Source: an uncultured Chloroflexia bacterium (GTDB lineage: Bacteria > Chloroflexota > Anaerolineae > Anaerolineales > Villigracilaceae). Taken from it: a stretch of 64,000 nucleotides of DNA. Positions within the stretch are counted from its first letter, which is position 1; every line of letters begins with the position of its first letter. Positions 35,994-44,762 of the stretch are shown here, piece after piece. Both the position numbers and the translations under genes were made by a program. Below the pieces are notes generated by a model. That model was given only the letters and a program-made list of their open reading frames with translations, did not search any database and was not told the DNA's origin. The stretch is taken from NCBI GenBank assembly GCA_963757465.1, contig CAVWRY010000002.1, positions 72,905-136,904 of the forward strand, given 5' to 3'.

Positions 35994-37424
35994 AAATGTT
36001 GGTGTGGGGGTGATTGTATTTGTTGGCACTTCCGCATTGGTTGGTGTGTAAGTTGTTGTAATTACTGGTGTGATAGTGGCTGTTTTAATAACTAGAGTGG
36101 CCGTGACGGTAGGTGTTTTGGTCCGTGTAGGCGTTATTGTTGGAGTTATGATCGTTGGATTGTGCAGCCACCCACTTACTGCCATACTGTTTTGCACTTT
36201 CCAGTTGACAACATTTAGGTTTTTGCTACCTTTGGCAGATGCGTTTTGCTCAACAATTGTAATTGTGCCATTGCCGCTTGCGTTGACATTAGATGCTGAA
36301 ACTACGCTGGTATGTCCAAAGGTTGCACTGGGGCCGTAGCTTAATACGTCACCAGCCTTGGGAGCATTTCCAATACTTCCATTGCCAAATTTTTTAAGTT
36401 TGGTACCTTTATAGTTCCATACAACATCTTTTCCGTTTGCACCATAAGGGGCGATACCATAAGCATCGTACAGATACCGCATACTTAATTCAACACATTC
36501 CCATTCATATTCACCCCACGCACCTGGGAAAAATCGGACAAGAACATCTGGGCCCTCTCCGTAATATGGGCGCGGTCCGCATGCTTTCACTCCTCTATAA
36601 GATCCTCCCAGTGGATAGGCTTTCTTGTGGCCCGAGCGAGCATAATAATAATTGGTATCGCAATCCCCATGCCACCAGCTTGGCGTAGGCAGGTTCGTAA
36701 AGCCGCTCAGGTTGAGTTCTGGTTCTGGGCTTTGCGCTTGGGCGGCTTCATTTTGTAAGCTTTTAAGCAGGGTAGATGCCTGCACCAAATTGGAGCTGCT
36801 CATACTGAAGTTGGTGAACAGCGCATTTATACTCACTGCAGTCATTCCTTGACTGTACTCTTGGCTGGCACGCACAATCCATAGTCTTTTTCCAGCTTCG
36901 ACGACCCATTCGGTGATAAGCACAGGTTTTTCAACATCTGAATTAGTCTTGATCTTGACCAGGCTTGTTGAACCCACCACCTGCTTTCCGAAAAGGGTGA
37001 TAGGCTGGCTTGGTTGTGGTGTTCCGCCTTGCCTAATGCGATATTTTTGCAAAAGGTTGCGATATTGTCCCGCCATGCCGGCTTGGGCAACGGGCAAATC
37101 TTCCGATGACAATTTTGTTCCAAACGGGACTGCCATGACTGAAATTTCTCGGAATTGGTCCCAACCGACAGCCGTTGCTACCTGCATACTATTATCGGGC
37201 TCGGCCACAGTAAACGTATCTGGTAAAAATGATGTGCAGATATTCAGCGCGACACCATCCAAGGTGAAAGCTGCGTTTTGCAAGCTGGTATTTTTGCAAA
37301 TATTCGTTTTCGCGTTGCTTTGTTGGCCCTGCGCAGAAGCAGTCGAAGGGGAGATATTCAATCCACTGATTACAAGTGCAAGTAAGACAACAAATAACGC
37401 AACCTTCCATGTTTTGATCTTCAT
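35514..37424 (-). CDS. secreted CHAP-domain peptidoglycan hydrolase with TP linker and golvesin C-terminal-like domain
   Basis: AGGAG RBS. Signal peptide 'MKIKTWKVALFVVLLALVISG...ASA'. CHAP 'YEWECVELSMRYL...GDVLSYG...FGHTSVV...VEQN'. Confidence 0.85.
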   Translation of the reverse strand: MKIKTWKVALFVVLLALVISGLNISPSTASAQGQQSNAKTNICKNTSLQNAAFTLDGVALNICTSFLPDTFTVAEPDNSMQVATAVGWDQFREISVMAVPFGTKLSSEDLPVAQAGMAGQYRNLLQKYRIRQGGTPQPSQPITLFGKQVVGSTSLVKIKTNSDVEKPVLITEWVVEAGKRLWIVRASQEYSQGMTAVSINALFTNFSMSSSNLVQASTLLKSLQNEAAQAQSPEPELNLSGFTNLPTPSWWHGDCDTNYYYARSGHKKAYPLGGSYRGVKACGPRPYYGEGPDVLVRFFPGAWGEYEWECVELSMRYLYDAYGIAPYGANGKDVVWNYKGTKLKKFGNGSIGNAPKAGDVLSYGPSATFGHTSVVSASNVNASGNGTITIVEQNASAKGSKNLNVVNWKVQNSMAVSGWLHNPTIITPTITPTRTKTPTVTATLVIKTATITPVITTTYTPTNAEVPTNTITPTPTFPAPIIVNPALSPAYTTCASTAWYKIANAGYDSTDLYVTLNTSVAANSTNHATWTPNLPLSGRYKVEEFTAFHNQITFCGPITTIGYDTSDAQYKVYQNGSLFQTVSIDQKPLNNQWATIGTFSFSSGIGNYVVLSDLNNEASLTRTVSFNVLRFTYVGP

Positions 37425-37662
37425 TTTTTTAGTCTCCTGAATGTGGATATTCGGTGGGTAAAAATTAATCAATCGAAGAAATGTTATTGATCTCAGTAAC
37501 CTGAGAAGGCTTTTTTCATAAATTCCTCCTTGCTTGAATGTTGTTGAACTTGCCTGTATTGTAGACTGCGTATTCCCCCTAGACCATTGCCTTGACTATG
37601 ACGATTTCTGGCTTTAACCTGACGTTTTCTGCGCAAATCTGACGACAATCGATTGGAGAATG

Positions 37663-37708
37663 AAAAAAGAGACCCAGCATCCGGTTTACCCGGTGCTGGG
37701 TCTCTTTT
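37663..37708 (-). terminator. rho-independent terminator of the lipoyl-NeuD gene
   Basis: Minus strand reads aagagacccagcaccgg-gtaaa-ccggatgctgggtctctttttt. Confidence 0.85.
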
Positions 37709-37723
37709 CTGTTGGAATTTTTA

Positions 37724-38857
37724 CTACCCGGCCCAGACCTTGCCCGCTGGGACGATGGCCCTGGCTGGAACGTCTGCCAGCAGCACAGCGCCATTGCCGA
37801 TGCGTGCTCCTGCGCCGATCTTGAGCCCGATGATGGTGGTGACGCCCATGCCGACCAGTGCGCGCTCGCCCACATGGACGTGGCCAGCCAGCAGTGCGCC
37901 TGGCGCAATGTGGCTGTAGGCGCCAATCTCGCAGTCGTGCGAGATGATTGCGGCAGTATTAATCATGCAGCGCTCATGCAAAATCACTTCAGAGCCAACG
38001 TAGGCGTTAGCAAAAATCTGTACGCCGTCGGCGATGCGGGCGCTGGCTTCGACGGTGGCGCGGGGATGGCGCAAAATGGGGAAGGCGAAACCGCTGCTGG
38101 CGAGCAATTCAAACAGGCGGATGCGCACGTCAATATTGATGATGCCCCCGACGCCGTTGGCTGCCAGATGAAAGCCCTGTGCCATTAATGGTTTTAGCAT
38201 TTCACTGCCCCCGAGCACCTGCACGCCTAGAACAGAGTTGCCTTTCAAGGCTTTATTATCGTCAAGGATGCCGGCGATGTTGAATGCGCCAATGGCCCGC
38301 ACCATTTCGAGCACGGTTTTGGCGTGTCCGCCTGCGCCGTATAGGATCATTTGAGAGTTGGAAGATGGGAAAATCTGGGGTGGGGGAACTGCGGAATTGG
38401 GAGCAAGCGAGCGGATGAAAGCTTCGGTAACAAGGCGATCTGTAGGAAGTGTGGAAAGGTCGAGGCCGAGTGATTCCGCCAGTGCGCGGGCTGGTTTGGT
38501 GATGCGCAGGTCAGAAGGCGGAAGGGGTTGCCCTGGGTGTGTCGAAGGGATGAAGGATGAAGGATGAAGTTTCGAAGCAGAAGAAAGGCTACGGGGAGCG
38601 TGTTCGATGGCTTCATCCGCAGTGGCTGTGATAAAGGCCAGCACATCCCCCACCGCGAGCGTTTCCCCTTGGGTGGCAATCATGCGCACAAACCCGGCGG
38701 CTGGAGCTTCCACGTCTGCTGCGGCCTTGGTGGTTTCGATGGTGAAGAGCAGGGCATCTTTTTCAACACGCTGACCATCGGCAATATGCAATTGCACAAG
38801 GCGTGCTTCTGGTTCGTTGGCATTTAACATTGGGATGGGCACGGGGATTTGGTTCAC
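37724..38857 (-). CDS. lipoyl domain + E3-binding domain + NeuD/PglD-type hexapeptide acyltransferase fusion (non-canonical E2)
   Basis: Lipoyl 'LLFTIETTKAAADVEAPAAGFV'. PSBD 'ITKPARALAESLGLDLSTL'. NeuD N-subdomain 'ILYGAGGHAKTVLEMV'. LbH repeats 'IISHDCEIGAYSHIAPGALLAGHVHVGERALVGMG'. No DHRxxDG motif. Confidence 0.8.
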   Translation of the reverse strand: MNQIPVPIPMLNANEPEARLVQLHIADGQRVEKDALLFTIETTKAAADVEAPAAGFVRMIATQGETLAVGDVLAFITATADEAIEHAPRSLSSASKLHPSSFIPSTHPGQPLPPSDLRITKPARALAESLGLDLSTLPTDRLVTEAFIRSLAPNSAVPPPQIFPSSNSQMILYGAGGHAKTVLEMVRAIGAFNIAGILDDNKALKGNSVLGVQVLGGSEMLKPLMAQGFHLAANGVGGIINIDVRIRLFELLASSGFAFPILRHPRATVEASARIADGVQIFANAYVGSEVILHERCMINTAAIISHDCEIGAYSHIAPGALLAGHVHVGERALVGMGVTTIIGLKIGAGARIGNGAVLLADVPARAIVPAGKVWAG

Positions 38858-39058
38858 AAAATGCTCCTTTTGCTGTTGAAATTTTACCTAGTTTCAGTCT
38901 ATAATCAGTGTAACGTCTTGATACTTGGATGGGTTGTACATTAGTCGTGTGTTTAATACAGGGTGGTGTCACTAAGTATTGTTGGATGTAAGTGTTTGTG
39001 CGGGGTTTCCCAATTATCTAATTTTCGCTCATCAACTATGGAAAATACAAGGAGAAAA

Positions 39059-39484
39059 ATGAATTGCTATTATCACCCCAATCTTGAAGCAGTGGCTACT
39101 TGTGTAGTTTGTGGAAAAGCGATATGTTCAAATTGCTCAGTGAATGTTGCCGGCAGAATTACCTGCCAGTCTTGTGTATCTTCAGGGAATGTTGGGCGTC
39201 TTCAAACTCAATCAAGCCGACCAACCAATATTCTTGCGATTATTAGTCTTATTTTGAGCATTATGGGGTTATGTACGGGTATATTTGCGATTCCTGCATG
39301 GATTACTGGCTATATCGCGGAGAAGCAAATCCTGGCGAACCCAAACCAGGATGGTTTGCAAATGGCGAAAGCCGGAAAAATAATCGGCATGGTGGTAACC
39401 ATCATTTATGGTCTTCTTTTGGTATGTTATATTCTGTTAGTGATTGTCAGTTTTATATTTTCTTTAAGCCAACAAAGGTATTAA
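39059..39484 (+). CDS. zinc-ribbon (B-box-like) membrane protein, DUF4190-like C-terminus
   Basis: AAGGAGA RBS. 'MNCYYHPNLEAVATCVVCGKAICSNCS...CQSC'. Two C-terminal TM helices. Confidence 0.75.
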   Translation: MNCYYHPNLEAVATCVVCGKAICSNCSVNVAGRITCQSCVSSGNVGRLQTQSSRPTNILAIISLILSIMGLCTGIFAIPAWITGYIAEKQILANPNQDGLQMAKAGKIIGMVVTIIYGLLLVCYILLVIVSFIFSLSQQRY

Positions 39485-39526
39485 TAACCTTTGACCACTT
39501 ATTATAATTCAGAGGAGAGTGCGCAC

Positions 39527-39967
39527 ATGAATTGTTATATTCACGCCGAAAATCAGGCAGTAGGAGCTTGCACCAGTTGTGGAAGACCCATCTGTCAAGA
39601 ATGTGCTTTAGAAGTGCAAGGCAAGTTGGTTTGTCGGACCTGTCTTGCGGAGGGTAGAGTAAACACGGCTCGTCCAACCGATAAAGATCCAAACACGGCT
39701 TTTTTGCTCGAGCTCATCGGCGGTTTTCTGGGCTTTCTGGGAGTGGGGCATATCTATATCGGGCAAACCAATGACGGCGTACTCCGCCTTATTTTATGGA
39801 TACTCTATAACGTCATTGCATATATCACCATTACACTGCTAATTAGTGTTTTCATTGGTATTCTTTGCATTCCTATTCAGTTGGTTATTCAAATTTGCGT
39901 TCCGCTTTGGTCAGCGAACAATTTGAAGAATCAAATGCTCAAGAATGCTAGCGGTACGGGAGTTTAG
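39527..39967 (+). CDS. zinc-ribbon (B-box-like) membrane protein with TM2-like domain
   Basis: GAGGAG RBS. 'MNCYIHAENQAVGACTSCGRPICQECA...CRTC'. 'FLLELIGGFLGFLGVGHIYIGQ'. Confidence 0.75.
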   Translation: MNCYIHAENQAVGACTSCGRPICQECALEVQGKLVCRTCLAEGRVNTARPTDKDPNTAFLLELIGGFLGFLGVGHIYIGQTNDGVLRLILWILYNVIAYITITLLISVFIGILCIPIQLVIQICVPLWSANNLKNQMLKNASGTGV

Positions 39968-39980
39968 TTTTGTGCTATTC

Positions 39981-40013
39981 AAAAAAGGACACGGCGTCGC
40001 CGTGTCCTTTTTT
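39981..40013. terminator. bidirectional rho-independent terminator
   Basis: aaaaaaggacacg-gcgtcgc-cgtgtcctttttt. Confidence 0.85.
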
Positions 40014-40015
40014 AT

Positions 40016-41008
40016 TTAACCGACTTTTAATGCCGCCTGCATCAGATCAGCCTGCGCTGGCAAAATGGCATCTTCAATCGTTTTGGAGTTGCCAATCGGC
40101 AAATCGAGCGCGGCCACCCGTTTGATGGTGGTGCCGGGTAGGGCTTCAGCAGTTTGTGCGGCGACTTCCGCGCCCCAGCCCAGGCTGATGCTGCCCTCCT
40201 CGACGGTGAGCAAGCGTCGGGTGTGGCGCACAGAGTCGAAAAGCGCAGAAAGTTCAAAGGGGCTGAGTTGTGAAAAGAGCACAATCTCGGCGAAAATTTC
40301 GTGTTCCAACATCAACTCATTGGCGGCTGCCAGGGCAAGCTCAAAGTTGTAGCCATAGGTGGCAATCGTAAGCTGCGCGGATTCGGCGGTGCACAGCGTG
40401 AAGGTCGGGTATGCCCCTGCACTTTTCTCAATTTCCCAATCGACCAACTCCCCTTTTCCCAGCGTAAGCATCTGGCGGGTATAGAGTAATTTGTGTTCAA
40501 TGAACAGCACCGGGTCATCATCGTGGCGGATGGCGTGTTCCAATAAATCAGCCGGGTCGCCTAGGCAGTTGGGGGCGACAACCCGTAGCCCTGGTACCCC
40601 TAAAAATAGCTTTTCCAGCGACTGGGAGTGAGTCGGGCCATAGCCGCGCCGTCCGCCCATAGGTGCGCGAACAACAACCGGCACACGCACTTGCTCGTTA
40701 TACATCCAGCGAAATTTGGATGCGTGGTTAATCAGTTGATCGGCCATCAGGGTGATGAAGTCGCCGAACATGACCTCGACCACGGGTCGAAGTCCGCGCA
40801 GGGCCATGCCGTTGGCGATGCCCAAAATCGCCGCTTCCGAGATTGGCGTTGTCAATACCCGTTGCGAAAATTTTGTCGAAAGGCCGCGCGTCACCTTGAA
40901 CGCGCCGCCATAGGGGTCGAGAATATCTTCACCCAGCACAAAAACGCGCTCATCTGTTTCGAGAGCGTGGTGGAGGGCGTGGTTTAAGCGTTCGAGGGCG
41001 GTGGGCAT
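40016..41008 (-). CDS. 2-oxoacid (pyruvate/acetoin-type) dehydrogenase E1 beta subunit
   Basis: 'VFVLGEDI..YGGAFKVTRGL', 'RVLTTPISEAAILGIANGMAL.GLRPVVEVMF.DF', 'GPTHSQS'. Confidence 0.9.
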   Translation of the reverse strand: MPTALERLNHALHHALETDERVFVLGEDILDPYGGAFKVTRGLSTKFSQRVLTTPISEAAILGIANGMALRGLRPVVEVMFGDFITLMADQLINHASKFRWMYNEQVRVPVVVRAPMGGRRGYGPTHSQSLEKLFLGVPGLRVVAPNCLGDPADLLEHAIRHDDDPVLFIEHKLLYTRQMLTLGKGELVDWEIEKSAGAYPTFTLCTAESAQLTIATYGYNFELALAAANELMLEHEIFAEIVLFSQLSPFELSALFDSVRHTRRLLTVEEGSISLGWGAEVAAQTAEALPGTTIKRVAALDLPIGNSKTIEDAILPAQADLMQAALKVG

Positions 41009-41010
41009 AG

Positions 41011-41086
41011 GGTTTTAAAGTTGGAAGGTTACAGGTTGAAAGTTGAAAGCTATTGGCCTTGCAATTTTCAACTTTCAACCTTCAAC
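41011..41086. repeat. GTTGAAAG-octamer palindromic element (copy 3) filling the E1alpha-E1beta gap
   Basis: gttggaaggttacaggttgaaagttgaaag-ctattggccttgcaatt-ttcaactttcaaccttcaac. The last codons and stop of E1 alpha (VLKVES*) lie inside it. Confidence 0.6.
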
Positions 41087-41965
41087 ACGGGAAATGGATC
41101 TTTAAAGGCACGCGTGAAAGCATCATCCACGATCGCCAACACTTCGGTTTCGGCGGTAGCCCTTTGATTTTGGTCCAGGCGGATGGTGGGGGCCAGCAAC
41201 GGGTCGTGTTTTTTTGCCTGCTCAATTTCAGCACGGTCGCGGATGTCGTCGCCCTTGCTATGCGCCGAGAAGCGATACGTATGCAGGATCAAGGCTGCGG
41301 GGCGGGTTTGCCTGCGCACATAGCCAAGCGCCTCCTCAGCAGCAGCGTGAATCTCCAGTACATCGGTTGTGTCGCGTTCCCAGTGTTTGATATCAAAAGC
41401 CGTAAAACGCGCTGAAATGGAGCCTGCCACGCCCAGCGCAATCGGCGTGGTCTGGGCGTAACGATTATTTTCAACCACAAACAAGACAGGAATTTGCCAG
41501 AGTGAAGCAATGTTCAGGCTTTCGTAGAGCACACCTTCGCCCAGTGTGCCGTCGCCAATGAAGACCAGTGCCACATTGCCGGTTTGTTGGACTTTCTCGG
41601 CCAGCGCAGCGCCCGTTGCCAGCGGCACAATGCCGCCCTGAATGCCGTTCGAGTAAAAATTGCGCCACTGGATGTGCTGGCTGCCACCGCGCCCGCCGAC
41701 CAGCCCGGTGGCGCGGCCCATCAGTTCTTGCAGCCAATGCATACGGGTCGCCGCCGTAGGCGAGAAAATGTCCATGGCAGCGATGACTGCTAAAGACGAC
41801 ATCCCCGGCCCCGGCTGCGGCAAAAATACCGGCGGCGTCGGCTTCCTGCCCAATGTAGGCATGGGTTGTGCCAAAGAGCTTGCCGGTCGAAAATTCGGCT
41901 AGTGCGCGTTCTTCAAAGCGCCGAATAAGCAACATGGTGCGGTAGAGTGTGTAATGGTCAGTCAT
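41068..41965 (-). pseudogene. 2-oxoacid dehydrogenase E1 alpha subunit, split by a 1-nt frameshift (pieces 41471-41965 and 41068-41874 in the track)
   Basis: N-piece 'YRTMLLIRRFEERA...THAYIGQEA...HRCHGHFLAYGGDPYAL'. C-piece 'LQELMGRATGLVGGRGGSQH...IGDGTLGEG...ENNRYAQTT'. Removing one C near 41734 rejoins them. Confidence 0.8.
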
Positions 41966-41976
41966 GGGCTGGAATT

Positions 41977-43053
41977 TTACTTCAAATATGTGTCAAAAAA
42001 TGCAATGGTAAGTTTCATTGCCAGACTGAAATAGCCTGAAAGGTTGTGGTTGTCGTCCTTATAAGTATAGAGTTCAACTGTGCCACCCACTTGCTTAATT
42101 TGCGCTTCCAGCGTTTGCGAAAATGCCAGCGGCACTTCTTCATCTGCTGTGCCGTGATGCAGTTGAAGCGGGCCCGAAAGGTCTGCCAGATAGCTGTTGG
42201 CCGAGATCGAATCCCAGAAGGCCGGGTTTTCTGCAGGTGAACCATACGTTTCAATCCACTGGTCGCGCCAGCGGCGCGAATCGGGTGGCGGTGTTGGTGT
42301 CATGGCGGCGGTATTGTGCCAGCGATAGAGTAAGTCAGGATATGATGCGACCACCCCTGCCCAGATTACGCCAACTTTGATGCTTTTGTCGATGACCATG
42401 GCGCGCAGCGTAAGGTATCCGCCCATGGAGTGGCCCCACATACCAATCTTTTGTGGGTTGACCTTTTCAAAGCGTTTGAGGGATGCAACGGCGTTGAGCA
42501 CATCCACCTCGTAGCCTGGGTCGCCATACGCCCCAGCCGCTTGGCCTTCCGACTGATCGTGCCCGCGATAGTCAATGCGAAAAACAACGTAGCCATTCAG
42601 CGCCAGTTGATTGACATACTCAATATAGCGTTCGGTGGTCTTATAAATTTCCGGCGGAATGTAGCCGTGATTGAAAACAATCCCGGGCCAGCCGCCTGGG
42701 GGCATTTGCCCGTTTGGCACCGTCAGCAGCGCGTAGATTTTTAATCCTTGCGAAAGATAGTAAACGTAGTAACGCCGATAATTCGACCCGGAAACCAGCT
42801 CTTTGACAATCGTAATATCACTCCCAGGGTACTCTCCTTGACGCATGGCTGAGATGGAGAGCGGGAAGAGTGTCGGCGTGGCGGTTGGGAAGGCGGTGAC
42901 GGTGGGCGGGGGCGTCTGGCTGGGGGTGGGCGAGACGACCCTGATTTGTGGTTGCGCTAACGTGCTCGTTGCCGTGGCGGATGGGCGTGCTGCGGGGACG
43001 CATCCACATAGGAAAAAGCCAAAGACCAAAGAGATGAAGATTATTTTTTGCAT
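41977..43053 (-). CDS. lipoprotein, S9/alpha-beta hydrolase family (prolyl oligopeptidase-like)
   Basis: Lipobox 'FFLCGC'. Nucleophile elbow 'GMWGHSMGG'. 'HHGTADEEVP'. Confidence 0.82.
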   Translation of the reverse strand: MQKIIFISLVFGFFLCGCVPAARPSATATSTLAQPQIRVVSPTPSQTPPPTVTAFPTATPTLFPLSISAMRQGEYPGSDITIVKELVSGSNYRRYYVYYLSQGLKIYALLTVPNGQMPPGGWPGIVFNHGYIPPEIYKTTERYIEYVNQLALNGYVVFRIDYRGHDQSEGQAAGAYGDPGYEVDVLNAVASLKRFEKVNPQKIGMWGHSMGGYLTLRAMVIDKSIKVGVIWAGVVASYPDLLYRWHNTAAMTPTPPPDSRRWRDQWIETYGSPAENPAFWDSISANSYLADLSGPLQLHHGTADEEVPLAFSQTLEAQIKQVGGTVELYTYKDDNHNLSGYFSLAMKLTIAFFDTYLK

Positions 43054-43129
43054 GAGATTTCCTTGCACGATAAATAACAGTCCGATGCACATTGAGTATA
43101 CCCTGACTGAAACGTCGCTTCAAAAACCT

Positions 43130-43157
43130 GTGACATCCTTAAAAGTTATGCTATAAT
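43130..43157 (+). promoter_or_regulatory. candidate extended -10 promoter of rho
   Basis: GTGACA, 16 nt, TGcTATAAT. It would give a leader of about 175 nt before ATG 43338. Confidence 0.45.
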
Positions 43158-43337
43158 TTACGAAATTCCCGAACGGTCGACAGCTTGAGTAACATTCCCG
43201 GCACATGGGGTTGTTTCGGGCAACAAACATTAATGAATATTTCCCCCTTAATTGACAATCTAATATTGAACCGACCTGTTATTACAGGGCGGAGTTTTGC
43301 ACTCTATTCCCATCCCTAATCCCCGAGTTGAGACAAC

Positions 43338-44621
43338 ATGATGAACATTCTTGAACTGGAAAGTAGACCCCTGGCCGAGCTTCGCATAATGGCAACCAGG
43401 GATTTCGGCATTACAAACGCAAATCGTCTTAAAAAAGAAGCCTTGGTGATGCGCCTGCGTCAGGAGGAAGCCGCCAAAGATGGACTGGAAGTGCGCGGCG
43501 GTATTTTGGAAATTCTCGACGAAGGGATCGGATTTTTACGCTCTGCCCGCTACAATATCAGCGAAGATGATGTTTATGTTTCCCAGGCCCAACTGCGTCG
43601 CTACGAATTACGCAACGGTGATCTGATAATCGGGCATGTGCGCGCCCCGCGCGAATCAGAACGTCACTGGGGGCTGCTCAAAGTGGAATCAATCAACGGG
43701 GTGGATTCTGAAATTGCCCGCCAGCGCCCCAAATTCGAAAATCTCACTCCCATTTTCCCTGACATGCGTTTTGATCTTGAAACCCGCGGCGATGTGCTTT
43801 CCACCCGCCTGATTAACCTGATCGCCCCGATTGGGCGTGGTCAGCGCGGCCTGATTGTTTCCCCGCCCAAAGCCGGGAAAACGACCATTCTGAAGCAAAT
43901 CGCCAACGCCATTTCCACCCAATACCCGGATGTTCATTTGATGGTGGCCCTGATCGGCGAACGCCCCGAAGAAGTGACCGATATGGATCGCTCCGTCGAT
44001 GCCGAAGTCGTCGCATCCACCTTTGACGAGCCAGTGACATCGCATGTCCGCACGGCTGAAATTGCGCTTGAACGCGCCAAACGTCTGGTGGAAATTGGTC
44101 GCCACGTTGTCATTTTGATGGACTCAATCACCCGTCTTGCGCGCGCCTATAACCTGACGGTCAACCCATCGGGCCGCACCCTGAGCGGTGGTATGGATCC
44201 ATCGGCGTTGTACCCGCCCAAACATTTCTTTGGGGCTGCGCGCAACCTTGAAGAAGGCGGCTCGCTGACCATTATCGCCACCTGTTTGGTGGATACCGGC
44301 TCGCGTTTGGATGATGTCGTCTACGAAGAATTCAAAGGCACCGGCAACATGGAACTGCTGCTCTCGCGCAAACTTCAAGAACGTCGTATCTTCCCGGCTG
44401 TCGATATCGAACGCTCATCCACCCGCCGCGAGGAATTGCTCCTTGGCCCCGATATTCTCCAGCGTGTCTGGACAATGCGGCGCATGTATGGTCAGATGAC
44501 CAGCAACCCGCCTCAGGGTGCCGGCATGGATCAAACCGTCGCCACCGAAGCCATCACCACGCGCATGTCCAAAACTAAAAACAACATGGAATTTTTGGAA
44601 ACACTGGTGGATGGGCTGTAA
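43338..44621 (+). CDS. rho: transcription termination factor Rho
   Basis: N-terminal 'LAELRIMA', RNA-binding 'GILEILDEGIGFLR', Walker A 'SPPKAGKTT', 'LVDTGSRLDDVVYEEFKGTGNMEL'. Confidence 0.95.
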   Translation: MMNILELESRPLAELRIMATRDFGITNANRLKKEALVMRLRQEEAAKDGLEVRGGILEILDEGIGFLRSARYNISEDDVYVSQAQLRRYELRNGDLIIGHVRAPRESERHWGLLKVESINGVDSEIARQRPKFENLTPIFPDMRFDLETRGDVLSTRLINLIAPIGRGQRGLIVSPPKAGKTTILKQIANAISTQYPDVHLMVALIGERPEEVTDMDRSVDAEVVASTFDEPVTSHVRTAEIALERAKRLVEIGRHVVILMDSITRLARAYNLTVNPSGRTLSGGMDPSALYPPKHFFGAARNLEEGGSLTIIATCLVDTGSRLDDVVYEEFKGTGNMELLLSRKLQERRIFPAVDIERSSTRREELLLGPDILQRVWTMRRMYGQMTSNPPQGAGMDQTVATEAITTRMSKTKNNMEFLETLVDGL

Positions 44622-44762
44622 ATTTCCACCGACATTAAGAAAATCCTGAAGTCATCTCTCTTCCAGGATTGACGGAAAAGCATAGACCATTTACTATCGT
44701 CTGATCCATTCCATTTGTCCTGCGCAGTGTCGTTGAAGGACATTTTCCGGCAAATTTTCTCC

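Noticed and set aside
37494-37520. Eight-codon upstream ORF (MKKAFSGY*) with a strong AAGGAGG RBS in the leader of the CHAP hydrolase gene.
   Set aside because: It is too short to support, has no conservation evidence, and could be chance in AT-rich DNA.
38540-38580. GGATGAA x3 microsatellite-like repeat.
   Set aside because: It lies inside the inter-domain linker of the lipoyl-NeuD gene and simply encodes 'HPSSFIPST'. There is no evidence of independent function.
28584-41086. Octamer repeat clusters as possible CRISPR arrays.
   Set aside because: The units are 8 nt and directly abutting, with no spacers. Each cluster totals under 90 bp, and no cas genes are present.
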